Below are positions 1-10,365 of a stretch of 64,000 nt of DNA, piece after piece; positions within the stretch are counted from its first letter, which is position 1; each line of letters starts with the position of its first letter. The DNA lies in the IMG/VR virus record IMGVR_UViG_3300020236_000046, positions 7,492 to 71,491 of that record. One strand, given 5' to 3'. Source of the DNA: a virus. Taxonomy: Duplodnaviria > Caudoviricetes. The notes beneath the pieces were generated by a model. It did not search any database. It was given only the letters and a program-made list of their open reading frames with translations, and was not told the DNA's origin. Made by a program: the position numbers and the translations under genes.

Positions 1-2
1 GG

Positions 3-308
3 ATGGTAGTAAGAACTTTCAATAAGTTTGTAGTGTATGGTGAACAGGAAGTATCCCGTAGTTTAATGGATATATTTGTCAAGGAAGGTTTTGCAGTTTG
101 GGTAGGAGGACATGCGGAATTGAAAAAGGAGAATACGGAAAAAGCGGAAACAGGTTCTTCTGAAAACAAGGACGCGAAAGGCCCATCTGAAAATAAGGAG
201 TCTACTGGTAAAAAAGATGAAGAGGATACTGGAAGTTTACTGGATAAGGTGAAAGATGCTGTAATCGGAAAAAAGAAAGGAATAAAGAAAGAAATGAGGA
301 ATAATTAA
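3..308 (+). CDS. Hypothetical protein with K/E-rich C-terminus, upstream of head-tail connector
   Basis: ORF track; TAATG overlap with next gene. Confidence 0.6.
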   Translation: MVVRTFNKFVVYGEQEVSRSLMDIFVKEGFAVWVGGHAELKKENTEKAETGSSENKDAKGPSENKESTGKKDEEDTGSLLDKVKDAVIGKKKGIKKEMRNN

Positions 309-955
309 TGTCTCTTTTCGATCCTTATGTGTTGAATCAAGGAAAGATTGATCCTTTACAGCAAAATGACAATCGTTCGTGGAAGGTTTCATCTCCTTCC
401 ACGAACCTTGTTGAAGTTAGTCATGTGAAGGAATTTGGTCGTATTGACGGCATCAGTGAGGATGAACTTATTAAATCCATGATAACGTCTGTGACCAGAG
501 CGGCTGAAGCATATTTAGGCCGGTCATTAATAACACAGACTATAACAATGGTAATGGACGTATGGCCTTATAAGGTCGTACAGGGTAATAGATATGAAAG
601 AATAGATTTGCCGTTACCACCATTAATTTCTATTACATCAATAAATACGATAGATGAGGCGGGAGTAAAAACACCATATAGTGCATCTAATTATTTTATT
701 GACACGATAGCAGAGCCAGGTGTTTTGAATATAAAAAGTGGAGTAACACCACCTATAAATTACACACGTAATCAATCAGGATATGAAATCATCTATACGG
801 CAGGATACGGTACAGCCGCATCCGATGTGCCTCAAGGTATTCAAGATGGAGTAAAATTATGGGCACTTACATATTATGAAAAAAGAGTAATGGGAGGCGA
901 ACCGCCGCCAGATGCAAAACGACTATTATTTCCATATAAGATGTTAAGAATATGA
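308..955 (+). CDS. Head-tail connector protein (gp6/phiE125 gp8-like)
   Basis: Motifs 'EDELIKSMITSVTRAAEAYLGRSLITQT', 'IIYTAGYG...DVPQGIQDGVKL'; position in neck module. Confidence 0.85.
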   Translation: MSLFDPYVLNQGKIDPLQQNDNRSWKVSSPSTNLVEVSHVKEFGRIDGISEDELIKSMITSVTRAAEAYLGRSLITQTITMVMDVWPYKVVQGNRYERIDLPLPPLISITSINTIDEAGVKTPYSASNYFIDTIAEPGVLNIKSGVTPPINYTRNQSGYEIIYTAGYGTAASDVPQGIQDGVKLWALTYYEKRVMGGEPPPDAKRLLFPYKMLRI

Positions 956-1362
956 CTTGGAGAGTTTCAGAATTGAGGCATCGAGTTCAGATTAGGGAAG
1001 GTGTGCAAACACCAAATACGTCAGGAGGCGCGGATAGAACTTATAATATAAAGGCCACTGTATGGGCTAGTATGAAACCAATACCCAATAAAAGTGCATC
1101 ATATATTAGAGGCCAACAGATAGAGGATACAGCGACACATACTTTTATTGTGCGTAGGAATGTATCTTTAGGTGTAGATTTTATTGGTGATTCATTGCTG
1201 TTGAAAAAGGATCACTTTCTCTTTGTAGAAATAGAAAGCGATAAGAAAACAGGGCGGTTATTCGATATTATTCGTGTAATAAATATTGATGAGCGTAATG
1301 AGTATATAAAAATAACCACAAGAGAAATGGAAAAACAAGAAGGACAAGGACTAGTCATATAA
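952..1362 (+). CDS. Head closure protein (SPP1 gp16-like)
   Basis: 'ELRHRVQI...TVWASMKP...THTFIVR...VINIDERNEYIKI' pattern; synteny. Confidence 0.8.
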   Translation: MTWRVSELRHRVQIREGVQTPNTSGGADRTYNIKATVWASMKPIPNKSASYIRGQQIEDTATHTFIVRRNVSLGVDFIGDSLLLKKDHFLFVEIESDKKTGRLFDIIRVINIDERNEYIKITTREMEKQEGQGLVI

Positions 1363-1850
1363 TGTTTAGTGTCAGTGTAAAAATACGCGGTATAGGAGCT
1401 TTCGGTGTTCCTGAAATTGAATTACGCCGGTTTTCAAAGCGGATACAGAATCAAATTGAGAATGAAGCATTTCCTGATATTCGACAAGCCGTATTAGAGG
1501 GTGCGATTGAAACTAGAAATGACATCATACTCTCTATGAGGAATAGTCCCGCAACGGGAAAACGGTATTCAAGAGGAGGCGGTAAAGTTCATATTGCATC
1601 CTCTCCGGGAAATCCTCCTAGAGTAGATACCGGAAATTTGATAGGTTCTATAATAATGGATGATAGAGTCGATGAATTTGAAGTCGGTAGTATCATATCT
1701 GATCCTCCTTACCCGGAATATCTTGAAGATGGGACTAAAAAAATGAAAGCACGCCCGTGGTTGACAGGCCCTTTTGAAGTGAATAAAGAAAAAGTAGAGC
1801 GTGATGTAGTTCGTGTGGTGGAACGCGCAATTAGCAGGGTAGTAAGATGA
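1362..1850 (+). CDS. HK97 gp10-like neck/tail completion protein
   Basis: 'ASSPGNPPRVDTGNLIGSI', 'YPEYLEDGTKKMKARPWL'. Confidence 0.85.
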   Translation: MFSVSVKIRGIGAFGVPEIELRRFSKRIQNQIENEAFPDIRQAVLEGAIETRNDIILSMRNSPATGKRYSRGGGKVHIASSPGNPPRVDTGNLIGSIIMDDRVDEFEVGSIISDPPYPEYLEDGTKKMKARPWLTGPFEVNKEKVERDVVRVVERAISRVVR

Positions 1851-2488
1851 AATTAGGTGTTATTGCATTAAAAATTCGCACGGGTACTACTAGATTTGGT
1901 AATCGTGTACTTGGTGTCGCTGAATTTGCATTAGCGGCAAAAGCTACGTTTAGAGGTGATGTTGCTTTTGTTATTCCGTTAAGAGAAGTTGTATCTAATA
2001 ATAATCTGGATAGTGGATTAAATCAGAAAATAACATCTCATTTTGGTGTAGTTGCAGTATTGGTTAACGATTCAAATAGAAAAGATAAAACAGGTTTGAC
2101 GGCATACGATCTTATAGAAGATGTAAGGACAGAACTATTTGGTTCAATTTTAGCATGGCAGATAAGTACGGCCGAAACTGTAATCAGTTATGTCGGAAGC
2201 AGGATATTGGAAATTAATCCCGCATATATTTGGTATCAATATGAGTTTCAATATATGACAAGGATAGATGAAGACGATGGTATTGACGTAGGTGTAAGTG
2301 CTTTAGGTGATTTCAATACACTCTATCAGCAGTATATGTTGGCTCCTGACAGTATATTGCCGTTACCTGCGGGATTACCGACAGCATTAGCCCCGGTAAA
2401 TTTAGATTTGGTCTTTACAAATGAACATGAATTTGATGATAGTTTCTCAAACGATTTTGCTAATTTAGCAGGAATATTAAACCGATGA
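1847..2488 (+). CDS. Tail terminator protein (Mu gp37-like) with C-terminal FDDSFSNDF extension
   Basis: Position before DUF2635 and sheath; 'DLIEDVRTELFGSILAWQ', 'IWYQYEF'. Confidence 0.7.
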   Translation: MKLGVIALKIRTGTTRFGNRVLGVAEFALAAKATFRGDVAFVIPLREVVSNNNLDSGLNQKITSHFGVVAVLVNDSNRKDKTGLTAYDLIEDVRTELFGSILAWQISTAETVISYVGSRILEINPAYIWYQYEFQYMTRIDEDDGIDVGVSALGDFNTLYQQYMLAPDSILPLPAGLPTALAPVNLDLVFTNEHEFDDSFSNDFANLAGILNR

Positions 2489-2501
2489 TTGGAGGTATAG
2501 A

Positions 2502-2729
2502 ATGGTAATAAATGAAACAAGATATGTAAGGCCAGTAGATGGGGTGACTGTTAGATTCCCTGATACTAAAACACCATTGCCATTGGATGGTGCGGTAGTT
2601 CCCTGGGATAGTTATTGGAGGAGGCGGTATAAGGACGGAAGTATTGCGATAATTCTTGCAACTCCACCTGTAGAAGATAATGAATCAGTAAAACAAGAAA
2701 CAAAATCTAATAAAAGGAGGAAATACTAA
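2502..2729 (+). CDS. DUF2635 family protein (Mu gp38-like)
   Basis: 'YVRPVDGVTVRFP..PLPLDGAVVPWDSYWRRRYKDGSI'; directly upstream of sheath. Confidence 0.85.
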   Translation: MVINETRYVRPVDGVTVRFPDTKTPLPLDGAVVPWDSYWRRRYKDGSIAIILATPPVEDNESVKQETKSNKRRKY

Positions 2730-4207
2730 TGGCCATTTCGTTTAACAATATCCCGAATACCATAAGGACGCCCGGTGGATATGTAGAGATAGATAATTCA
2801 AGAGCACTGAAAGGGTTGACGGCAAATCCGCACAAGGTTCTAATTTTAGGGCAAAAAGAAACAGATGGCACGGAGTCAGCTGATACTCTTATTGCTATAA
2901 GTAAGGAAAATATGGCCAATGGATTCTTTGGCCCCGGAAGTATTCTCGCGCGTATGTGTAATGCGTTTAAGAATGCGAATCCTAATACTGAATTATGGGC
3001 CATGATTCTGCCGGAAAATGGAGCAGGAGCAGTTGCATCAGGAGATATAAATATAACAGGTTCCGCATCAGGGGCCGGTACTGCATATCTTTTTATAGGT
3101 GGTGTGCAGGTTTACACTCCTGTAACGTCAGGATGGTCAGGAACCGATGTAGCATCGGCTATGAAATCGGATGTCAATGCGAATTCATTGCTCTGTATGA
3201 AAGCGTCTGGCCCTGTATCTGCTGATAGAATGACTCTGATCGCACGTGCGAGTTGTGCTTTAGGTAATCAGTTTGATTTTCGCTTTAATTATTATGAAGG
3301 ACAAAGTAATCCGATAGGAATAACATTCAGTACAGTAGGCATGACAGGTGGTGCGGCTAACCCGACTTTAGCAGGTACATGGGCGGTTATTGCTAATGAG
3401 CAATTTCAGCATGTTATTCAGCCTTATACGGATGCCGCAAATCTTACTTCTTTAGAAGGTGAACTAGCGACTCGGTTCGGGCCTTTAGTTGATTTGCAGG
3501 GTCATGGATATGTTGCTGAAAGGGCAACACAGGCAAGTGCGACTACTTTAGGTAATTCACGTAACAGTCCGCATAATACAATTATGGGGTATAACAACAG
3601 TCCTACGAATCCGGATGAATGGTCTGCAATAATGGGTGCGGTAGCATCATACAATCTTAATGTTGATCCTGCGCGACCTTTGCATTTCTTGAAATTGAAA
3701 GGGATACTGCCTCCTCCGGTTACGGATCGGTTTACAAGGGCTGAAAGAGATATTCTGTTATATGACGGGATTTCTACTTTTGTTGTAGATAATGGCGGTA
3801 ATGTTCTTATTGAAAGAATGCTGACTACTTATCAGACTAATGCTCTAGGAATTACCGATGTCTCCTATCTTGATATACAAACGCTGTTTACTTTGATGGA
3901 AATCAGGTATCAATATAAACTTAGGATGATAAACAGATTTATCATTCCGAGATTCAAGTTGGCGGATGATTCATTTCAGGTACAGCCGGGAAGCAAGGTA
4001 GCGACTCCGAGTATAGTCAAGCAGGAAACTATTGCTCTATTTTCATTATTGGCGGAAGTTGCTTTGATAGAAAATCTAAGTGAGTTTGTTGATAATTTGG
4101 TGGTCGAAAGAGACGTTACGGATGTGAATCGTGTAAACGTTCTCTTACCTCCAAATTTAATAAACCAATTTCGCCTCCTTTCTGCGCAGATACAATTTAT
4201 TTTGTAG
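2729..4207 (+). CDS. Tail sheath protein (Mu gpL-like)
   Basis: 'MAISFNNIPNTIRTPGGYVEIDNSRA', 'DPARPLHFLKL', 'ERMLTTYQTN', 'DVNRVNVLLPPNLINQFR'. Confidence 0.95.
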   Translation: MAISFNNIPNTIRTPGGYVEIDNSRALKGLTANPHKVLILGQKETDGTESADTLIAISKENMANGFFGPGSILARMCNAFKNANPNTELWAMILPENGAGAVASGDINITGSASGAGTAYLFIGGVQVYTPVTSGWSGTDVASAMKSDVNANSLLCMKASGPVSADRMTLIARASCALGNQFDFRFNYYEGQSNPIGITFSTVGMTGGAANPTLAGTWAVIANEQFQHVIQPYTDAANLTSLEGELATRFGPLVDLQGHGYVAERATQASATTLGNSRNSPHNTIMGYNNSPTNPDEWSAIMGAVASYNLNVDPARPLHFLKLKGILPPPVTDRFTRAERDILLYDGISTFVVDNGGNVLIERMLTTYQTNALGITDVSYLDIQTLFTLMEIRYQYKLRMINRFIIPRFKLADDSFQVQPGSKVATPSIVKQETIALFSLLAEVALIENLSEFVDNLVVERDVTDVNRVNVLLPPNLINQFRLLSAQIQFIL

Positions 4208-4224
4208 TATTATGTTTATTATTT

Positions 4225-5067
4225 ATGAGCTGTTTTGTAAAGGAGATTTGTATATTGCATAGTTGTAGTTATTGTAAACGTCCAGCTAAGGTTCGTTTTA
4301 AGACAGGTAAACGGAGTTGGTGTTGTGAAGACAATATTGCTAAATGTCCTGCTATAAGAGCAAGGAATAGTCGAACAGCAAAAAAGCTAGTTGGTTGGAA
4401 GCACAGTAAAGCAACCAGGCAAAAAATGTCAGAAGCACAGAAAGGCAGGATTATAACGGATGAACATAGAAAGCGATTAAGTGAATCTCATTTAGGTATG
4501 AAGCATACGGAGAAAGCTAAAGCTACAATGAGAGGCCGTATTCCATGGAATAAGGGAAAAACTGATGTATATTCTGATGAAACTAGAAATCAGATATCTA
4601 ATTCATTAAAGGGTAATATTCCATGGAATAAAGGTAAACCCAGATCAAAGAAAACTAGGAAAAAGATTAGTTTATCTCATGTTGGTAAGGTTCTTTCTAT
4701 TGAACATCGACAAGCCATTGGTGATGCCCATAAAGGTCAGAAACGAAGTATAGAAACTCGATTAAAGATGAGTCAAGTGGCTGCAGGTAAGAATAGTTCT
4801 CAATGGAAAGGTGGGATTGCAAAAGAACCTTATTCTCAAGAATGGACTGTTGAGTTAAAGGAGCGTATTAAAAAAAGAGATAATCATTGTTGTCAAAATC
4901 CTGATTGTTGGCAGAGTAATACTAGATTAACTGTACATCATATAGATTACAATAAGAAAAATTGTAATTTAAGAAATCTAATTACTTTATGTGCCAGTTG
5001 TAATAGTAGGGCGAATGCTGATAGAGGGTTTTGGCGGAAACATTATAAACAAATTGTAAACGAATAA
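4225..5067 (+). mobile_element. Free-standing NUMOD3-repeat HNH homing endonuclease
   Basis: Repeated 'HSxxTRxKIS/PWNKG' NUMOD3 motifs; C-terminal 'WKGGI..EPY..RDNHCCQ..VHHIDYNKKN..NLITLCASC'. Confidence 0.9.
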
Positions 5068-5080
5068 GGAGGATATTGAT

Positions 5081-5467
5081 ATGGCAAAGATAACAGGTCG
5101 TGTAGAAGTATTAGTGAACGGAGTGCTTTTGCTTAATAAAGAAGGAGCAATAGCGCGTGGGATTGGGATATCAGGTATTATGCCTGTAGAAAAGGAACCT
5201 ATACTCGGAGATAGTGGCCTTCATGGGTATAAGGAAACCCCTGTAATCGCTGAATGTGAGGTTACTGTAACAGACCGTGATGATGTTATTTTGAGTGATT
5301 TTGCGGTTATTAACGGAGACGGGACAGTAATATTCAGGGCGGCAGGTGGTGGTAAGACCTACACAATGCAGGGAGCGACGTGTCTAGGTAATTTTGAACT
5401 GACTGCTGGTGAAGGTGAAGTTACTCTTAAATTCAATGGCCCGAATTGGGTGGAAACTGCATCTTAA
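5081..5467 (+). CDS. Tail tube protein (Mu gpM-like)
   Basis: Follows sheath; 'KEGAIARGIG', 'GLHGYKETP', 'EGEVTLKFNG'; SD aggagg. Confidence 0.9.
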   Translation: MAKITGRVEVLVNGVLLLNKEGAIARGIGISGIMPVEKEPILGDSGLHGYKETPVIAECEVTVTDRDDVILSDFAVINGDGTVIFRAAGGGKTYTMQGATCLGNFELTAGEGEVTLKFNGPNWVETAS

Positions 5468-5481
5468 TATAAGGAGGATTT

Positions 5482-5790
5482 GTGAAAGATACTATAGTAA
5501 CTCTGAAGTACCCATTTACTATCGCGGATTCGGATGGTGAAAATGGAGTAAGAGAAATCAAGGAATTAAAATTCAGCCGATTGAAAGCGAAGCACATGAA
5601 GGCAATCCCTGATTCTTTTTATGAAAAAGAAGGGGAAAATATGAATGTATCGGAGATGCTGCCTTTGTTATGTAGTATTTGCAGTTTACCTGAAAATGGA
5701 TTGGATGATCTTGATATAGAAGATTTCGGAGAGGTCGCTAAAATGCTACAGGATTTTATGGGCAATTCTTTGAAAACTGGAGGGAAATAG
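5482..5790 (+). CDS. Tail assembly chaperone (Mu gp41/GpE-like)
   Basis: 'TLKYPF..ELKFSRLKAKHM..LDDLDIEDF'; lies between tube and tape measure; GTG start with aggagg SD. Confidence 0.85.
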   Translation: MKDTIVTLKYPFTIADSDGENGVREIKELKFSRLKAKHMKAIPDSFYEKEGENMNVSEMLPLLCSICSLPENGLDDLDIEDFGEVAKMLQDFMGNSLKTGGK

Positions 5791-5906
5791 TATGGGGTAT
5801 AGCATATACATATCATTTTCCTCCCGATGAAATCTGGGAAATGACTATAGAAGATATGATGTTTTGGTACGAAGGAATTAAAAAAATTAGTGAGTGGATG
5901 AAGTAA
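5742..5906 (+). CDS. -1 frame extension of tail assembly chaperone (GpE'-like), likely made by programmed frameshift
   Basis: -1 frame is open 5742-5906 and encodes ...WREIVWGIAYTYHFPPDEIWEMTIEDMMFWYEGIKKISEWMK*; stop overlaps tape-measure ATG (TAATG). Confidence 0.75.
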   Translation, partial: NATGFYGQFFENWREIVWGIAYTYHFPPDEIWEMTIEDMMFWYEGIKKISEWMK

Positions 5907-7969
5907 TGCCGGGAGAAACATTTTCTTTAAGTGTCCTGTTTAAAGTTATAAACAGAGCGACTGCTCCGATGAGAAAGATTGTACGTCAGTTTAATGTGAT
6001 GGGAGTAGCGGCTAAAAAGCTAGGCGGTCACATGCTGTCATTAGGTCAGCAGATGCTGATTGTTGGCCGCGTATTGGCATTTGCAATTACTTTACCTATT
6101 ATATTATTAGGTAGATTGGCGGTTAAATCTGCTGTTGATTTTCAAAAATCATTTACAGGTATCCGTAAAACTGTAGATGCTACGGTAGAGCAATTCAAGC
6201 AGTTGAAAAATGAACTTATTGATATGTCTACAAAAATACCAGTCACTACGGAGGAACTATTTACTATTGGGGAAGCGGCGGGACAGATGGGAGTTAAGAT
6301 TGGGGAGTTAAAAGAATTTACCCGTGTTATTGCCGATTTAGGAGTGTCTACAAAAGATTTAAGAGGGGAAGAAGCCGCTTTTTTCTTATCAAGATTCGCT
6401 AATATCACGGGGATGAACAGGAAGGAATTTCATAATCTTGCTTCCGTTATTGTTAAATTGGGTAATGATTATGCTACATCGGAAGGTCAGATAGCGAAAA
6501 TGGGTTTGATGCTTGCGGCACAAGGCAGAAGGGCGGGATTAGCAGCGGAAGAAATTTTAGGTATGGCTTCCTCTTTGACTTCACTTGGGATCAGGGCTGA
6601 ACGGGGGGGCAGTGCTTTTTCAAGAGTCATGCAATTTATGACTACAGCGGTATTGCGAAAAGGTGGAGAAGAATTAGCCCTTTTTTCTAGGACAGCTGGA
6701 AAATCTGTACAAGAGTTCAGTAAAGTATATAAGGAAAATCCTATAAAAGCGATAATAGCGTTTATTGATGGTCTTACTGCTATGGAGAGTAGGGGCAAGG
6801 ATACCTCATTACTATTGCAAAGACTTGGATTTGGCGGTATACGGCTTACCGATGTTCTAGGGCGTGTTACATCGGCAACGGCGAATTTTAGTGATCATAT
6901 CGCTACTGTTTCAAAAGAGATGGTAGAAAATAAGGCTTTAATAATAGAATCTAATAAATACTATGAAACTATGTGGGGACGTTTTGTTTTAGTAGGGAAT
7001 GAATTGAATCTTTTAGCCCGGTCATTTGGGCTTGTTCTTGCTCCCACAATTTTAACTGTTCTCAAAACGGCAATAGTCCCATTAATCAGATGGATGCGCG
7101 AATGGCATACAGCTACAAAAATAGTATCTATTGGGTTTCTTGGTTTTGTTGCTATATTAGGCCCCTTAATAATTCTCTTGGCTGTGATGATAAAAAGTGT
7201 AGGAATAATATTATTAGCATCAGTTGAATTAACATGGGTATTTACAAAGGTTAAAATAGCTGTGTTGGCTGTTTGGGCGGTCTTTTCTACGTATCTTGGG
7301 ACTATTGCATTAGTAGTTGTAGCGATTGTCGCTGTAAGTTGGGCTGTTTATCAGCTTGTAAAGAATTGGGATGCGCTTAAAGATACGTTAGCTGGTAAAG
7401 CTATTATTGCTGTTATAGGAGCACTTTCAGCTTTACTTATCGGAGCATTTATTGGGATGTTTCCTCTTATTGCCGCTGTTACATTTGCGTTTGTATCTCT
7501 AGCTAATGTTGCTAGATTAGTAATAAAAGAGTGGGGGCCGGTAAAAATCTTTTTTGAGGATTTCTTGGCAACAATTAAAGAGTTTGCAGATATAGGGCCG
7601 CTCAAAACCCTTTTAAAACTATATAAAGATGCAAAGTTTTTATTAAGCCCTACTTGGGTTTCTGGTGCAGAAGATAAAGGAAAGACGGTAGAAGGCGCAA
7701 AGGCATTAGGCAGACAACAGCTGCGTGGGCTATCTGCATCAGGCGTATTTATACCGGAACAGGATATTCGTAAAGTTATTTCTTCTATAATAAAACGCCC
7801 GGCCCCGGCGTATCCTACTAAACAAGAACCTTCTAATATTGAGGTTCTTGTTAAGGTGCAATCAAACGCCCATGCGGAAGTGACTGTAGGAGCTGTAAAA
7901 AAGAGTTCTAATGTTGGTTTTAGGGTACAAGAATTAGGTGATATGTTAACTGCTGGGGATGTCCCATAA
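5906..7969 (+). CDS. Tape measure protein (TP901-family core)
   Basis: 'SAVDFQKSFTGIRKTV', 'EELFTIGEAAGQMG', 'AERGGSAFSR', hydrophobic C-terminal repeats; start placed at ATG 5906 (track starts at 5894). Confidence 0.95.
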   Translation: MPGETFSLSVLFKVINRATAPMRKIVRQFNVMGVAAKKLGGHMLSLGQQMLIVGRVLAFAITLPIILLGRLAVKSAVDFQKSFTGIRKTVDATVEQFKQLKNELIDMSTKIPVTTEELFTIGEAAGQMGVKIGELKEFTRVIADLGVSTKDLRGEEAAFFLSRFANITGMNRKEFHNLASVIVKLGNDYATSEGQIAKMGLMLAAQGRRAGLAAEEILGMASSLTSLGIRAERGGSAFSRVMQFMTTAVLRKGGEELALFSRTAGKSVQEFSKVYKENPIKAIIAFIDGLTAMESRGKDTSLLLQRLGFGGIRLTDVLGRVTSATANFSDHIATVSKEMVENKALIIESNKYYETMWGRFVLVGNELNLLARSFGLVLAPTILTVLKTAIVPLIRWMREWHTATKIVSIGFLGFVAILGPLIILLAVMIKSVGIILLASVELTWVFTKVKIAVLAVWAVFSTYLGTIALVVVAIVAVSWAVYQLVKNWDALKDTLAGKAIIAVIGALSALLIGAFIGMFPLIAAVTFAFVSLANVARLVIKEWGPVKIFFEDFLATIKEFADIGPLKTLLKLYKDAKFLLSPTWVSGAEDKGKTVEGAKALGRQQLRGLSASGVFIPEQDIRKVISSIIKRPAPAYPTKQEPSNIEVLVKVQSNAHAEVTVGAVKKSSNVGFRVQELGDMLTAGDVP

Positions 7970-9228
7970 TGAGTTGGCGTGATAATTTAAGAGATGCTTC
8001 TTATAGAGGTGTTCCCTTCAAAGTATTGAAAATATCCACGGACGTGGGCCGTCGTAATATTTTACATCAATACCCATTTAAGGATGAACCCTATTTAGAA
8101 GATATGGGACAGGATGCGGATGTCTATAATGTAACCGGGTATATTGTTCAAAATAAAAAAAATAATTTTGATTATTTTAACGAACGTAACGCATTAATAG
8201 AGGTGTTGAAAGCACCGGGGCCGGGAATACTGGTACATCCGTGGTTAGGTGATATTACGGTGGGATTGCAGGGAAAGGCCCGGATGGAGGAGTCGTTTAC
8301 CGAAGGCGGGATCGCCCGTTTCGTTATAATATTTGTATTAGCCGGATTAAGTGTATCACCGGCAAAAATTACAGATTATACGGAAAAAGTCAGTAAACAA
8401 GCTGATCGTGTTCAAGATTCAATGGGAACTTATGTAGCCGACGTATATAATCCTGATGGCCCTAGTTATATAAAAGCTTCAGCATTATCTACTGCTCAGG
8501 CTGGTATTGATATGTTGACAAACATCATAACCACTATTTCTAACACTACAAAAGAGATTACTACATTAGGAGGACTTCGTACAAAATTGGAAACCGCAGT
8601 AGGATTAGGCACTACGTTAGCCTCTACGATAAAACAAGCATTTGCTTCTTTTTCAAATATATTGACTGCTTTTGAAAGTATGGGATTTATACTCGCATCT
8701 TTATCATTAGTAGATTTCGGAGTCTCTTCCGATAGTTCTGATGTGAGTATATACGGCGGTACATTAGTTCCTGTATCTGAAACGACTGATTTACGTTCCA
8801 GAGAAGCGGATAATCAGGAATTGATTACAAATTTTTACAGGGTAGGCGGTGTTGCGGAAGCATGTAGAGCCGCCGCTACAATATCTTATAATAGTCATGT
8901 AGACATCCATAATATTATGACGTTGCTGGTAGATGAAATAGATCAACTGCTGAATACAATGGGAAGTAACCCAATAAATGATGAATTATATGATTCATTA
9001 AGAGAATTGAAACCGCTTATTATCGCCGCGTTAGAATCAAAAGGAAGTGCCTTGCCGGATGTGCGTAATTACACGGTGGCTAACGATATAGAGCCTTCAT
9101 TGGTTATTGCGTATGATTTATATAAAGATATAAACAGGGAATCCTCTATAACAGATAGAAATAAAATAATCATGTTGCATCCCGGCTTTCCCCCTAGCGG
9201 AAGTGTTATAGAGGTATTAAGTGAGTAA
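7969..9228 (+). CDS. DNA circularization / tail initiator protein (Mu gp43-like)
   Basis: 'MSWRDNLRDASYRGVPF', 'HQYPFKDEPYLEDMG', 'PGILVHPWLG', 'HPGFPP'. Confidence 0.92.
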   Translation: MSWRDNLRDASYRGVPFKVLKISTDVGRRNILHQYPFKDEPYLEDMGQDADVYNVTGYIVQNKKNNFDYFNERNALIEVLKAPGPGILVHPWLGDITVGLQGKARMEESFTEGGIARFVIIFVLAGLSVSPAKITDYTEKVSKQADRVQDSMGTYVADVYNPDGPSYIKASALSTAQAGIDMLTNIITTISNTTKEITTLGGLRTKLETAVGLGTTLASTIKQAFASFSNILTAFESMGFILASLSLVDFGVSSDSSDVSIYGGTLVPVSETTDLRSREADNQELITNFYRVGGVAEACRAAATISYNSHVDIHNIMTLLVDEIDQLLNTMGSNPINDELYDSLRELKPLIIAALESKGSALPDVRNYTVANDIEPSLVIAYDLYKDINRESSITDRNKIIMLHPGFPPSGSVIEVLSE

Positions 9229-10345
9229 AGATATATTTTTAAATGTCGCCGACCGTAAATACAGCGGATGGAACACTATTCAGTTTTTCAGGTCTATGGA
9301 TAATCTAGGCGGTGTATTTGAGGCTGTTGTAAGTTCAAACAATCCTTTTGATTCATCTCAATTCCCGATAAAGATGGGTGATGTCTATAAATTGCAAATA
9401 GGAGAAAAAGTAATAAGTACGGGATATATTGAAGTTATAAATGTACAATATGACGCTTTAAAACATACAATAAGAGTATCCGGCAGGGATAAAGTATGCG
9501 ACCTTGTGGATTGTTCAAGAGTTGAATCTCCTACAGACTGGAATAATACAACGATAAAAGACTTAATACTTACATTGATTAAACCTTTCGAGCTTGAATT
9601 ATATATAGACCCTAGTGCAACGTCGGTGGCGGCTAAAAAGATAGCTTGGTTTTCTGCGAATCAAGGGGATTCTGTTTTTGAAACTCTTAAACGACTTGCC
9701 ATAACTAATTCTTTGATGCTTGTCGCTATGGGGGATGGTCGTTTGAAGGTGACCCGATCCGGCAGTGAGGCCGCTAACGGGCGATTGGAAACAGGGATTA
9801 ATGTTTTAACAGGGTCATTAGAACAGTCTAATAAAGACAGATTCAGTCATTACCACACAAAAGGATATGGATTCGGGACAGATGAAAAACAGACAAAAGA
9901 TTATATCCATCCTGAAGGGGATGCTCAAGATACAGCGATAAAACGATACCGTCCCTTGATGCTTTTTTCGGAGGATGTAGCCAGTATATTTGGTACCACT
10001 GACCGGGCCTATTGGGAATCCATATTAAGAGCGGGAAATTCAAGAACATTTACATATACGATAAACGGATGGGTACAGCCGGACGGGTCGTTATGGGAAA
10101 ATAATATGTTGATTCAACTTAGAGACACCGTATTCGGTATAACGGATAAAACTAAAATTAACACTTTTTTAATATTTACAACTGTATTTATCTATGATGA
10201 AAAAGGAACTAAAATGGAATTGCGTTTATGTTACCCGTCTAAGTACACGGCATTAGATGCAGTAGGCCGTACAAAGGCGCAGGGTCTTATCGGGTCAATA
10301 ATGACTTTATTTGATCGCAGTACACCTGTAACTGATTTTGAATAG
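9221..10345 (+). CDS. Baseplate hub protein (Mu gp44-like)
   Basis: 'YSGWNTIQFFRSMDNLGG', 'VSGRDKVCDLVDCS', 'DRFSHY', 'RYRPL'. Confidence 0.92.
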   Translation: MSKDIFLNVADRKYSGWNTIQFFRSMDNLGGVFEAVVSSNNPFDSSQFPIKMGDVYKLQIGEKVISTGYIEVINVQYDALKHTIRVSGRDKVCDLVDCSRVESPTDWNNTTIKDLILTLIKPFELELYIDPSATSVAAKKIAWFSANQGDSVFETLKRLAITNSLMLVAMGDGRLKVTRSGSEAANGRLETGINVLTGSLEQSNKDRFSHYHTKGYGFGTDEKQTKDYIHPEGDAQDTAIKRYRPLMLFSEDVASIFGTTDRAYWESILRAGNSRTFTYTINGWVQPDGSLWENNMLIQLRDTVFGITDKTKINTFLIFTTVFIYDEKGTKMELRLCYPSKYTALDAVGRTKAQGLIGSIMTLFDRSTPVTDFE

Positions 10346-10365
10346 TAAATAAAAGAACTTGATAG

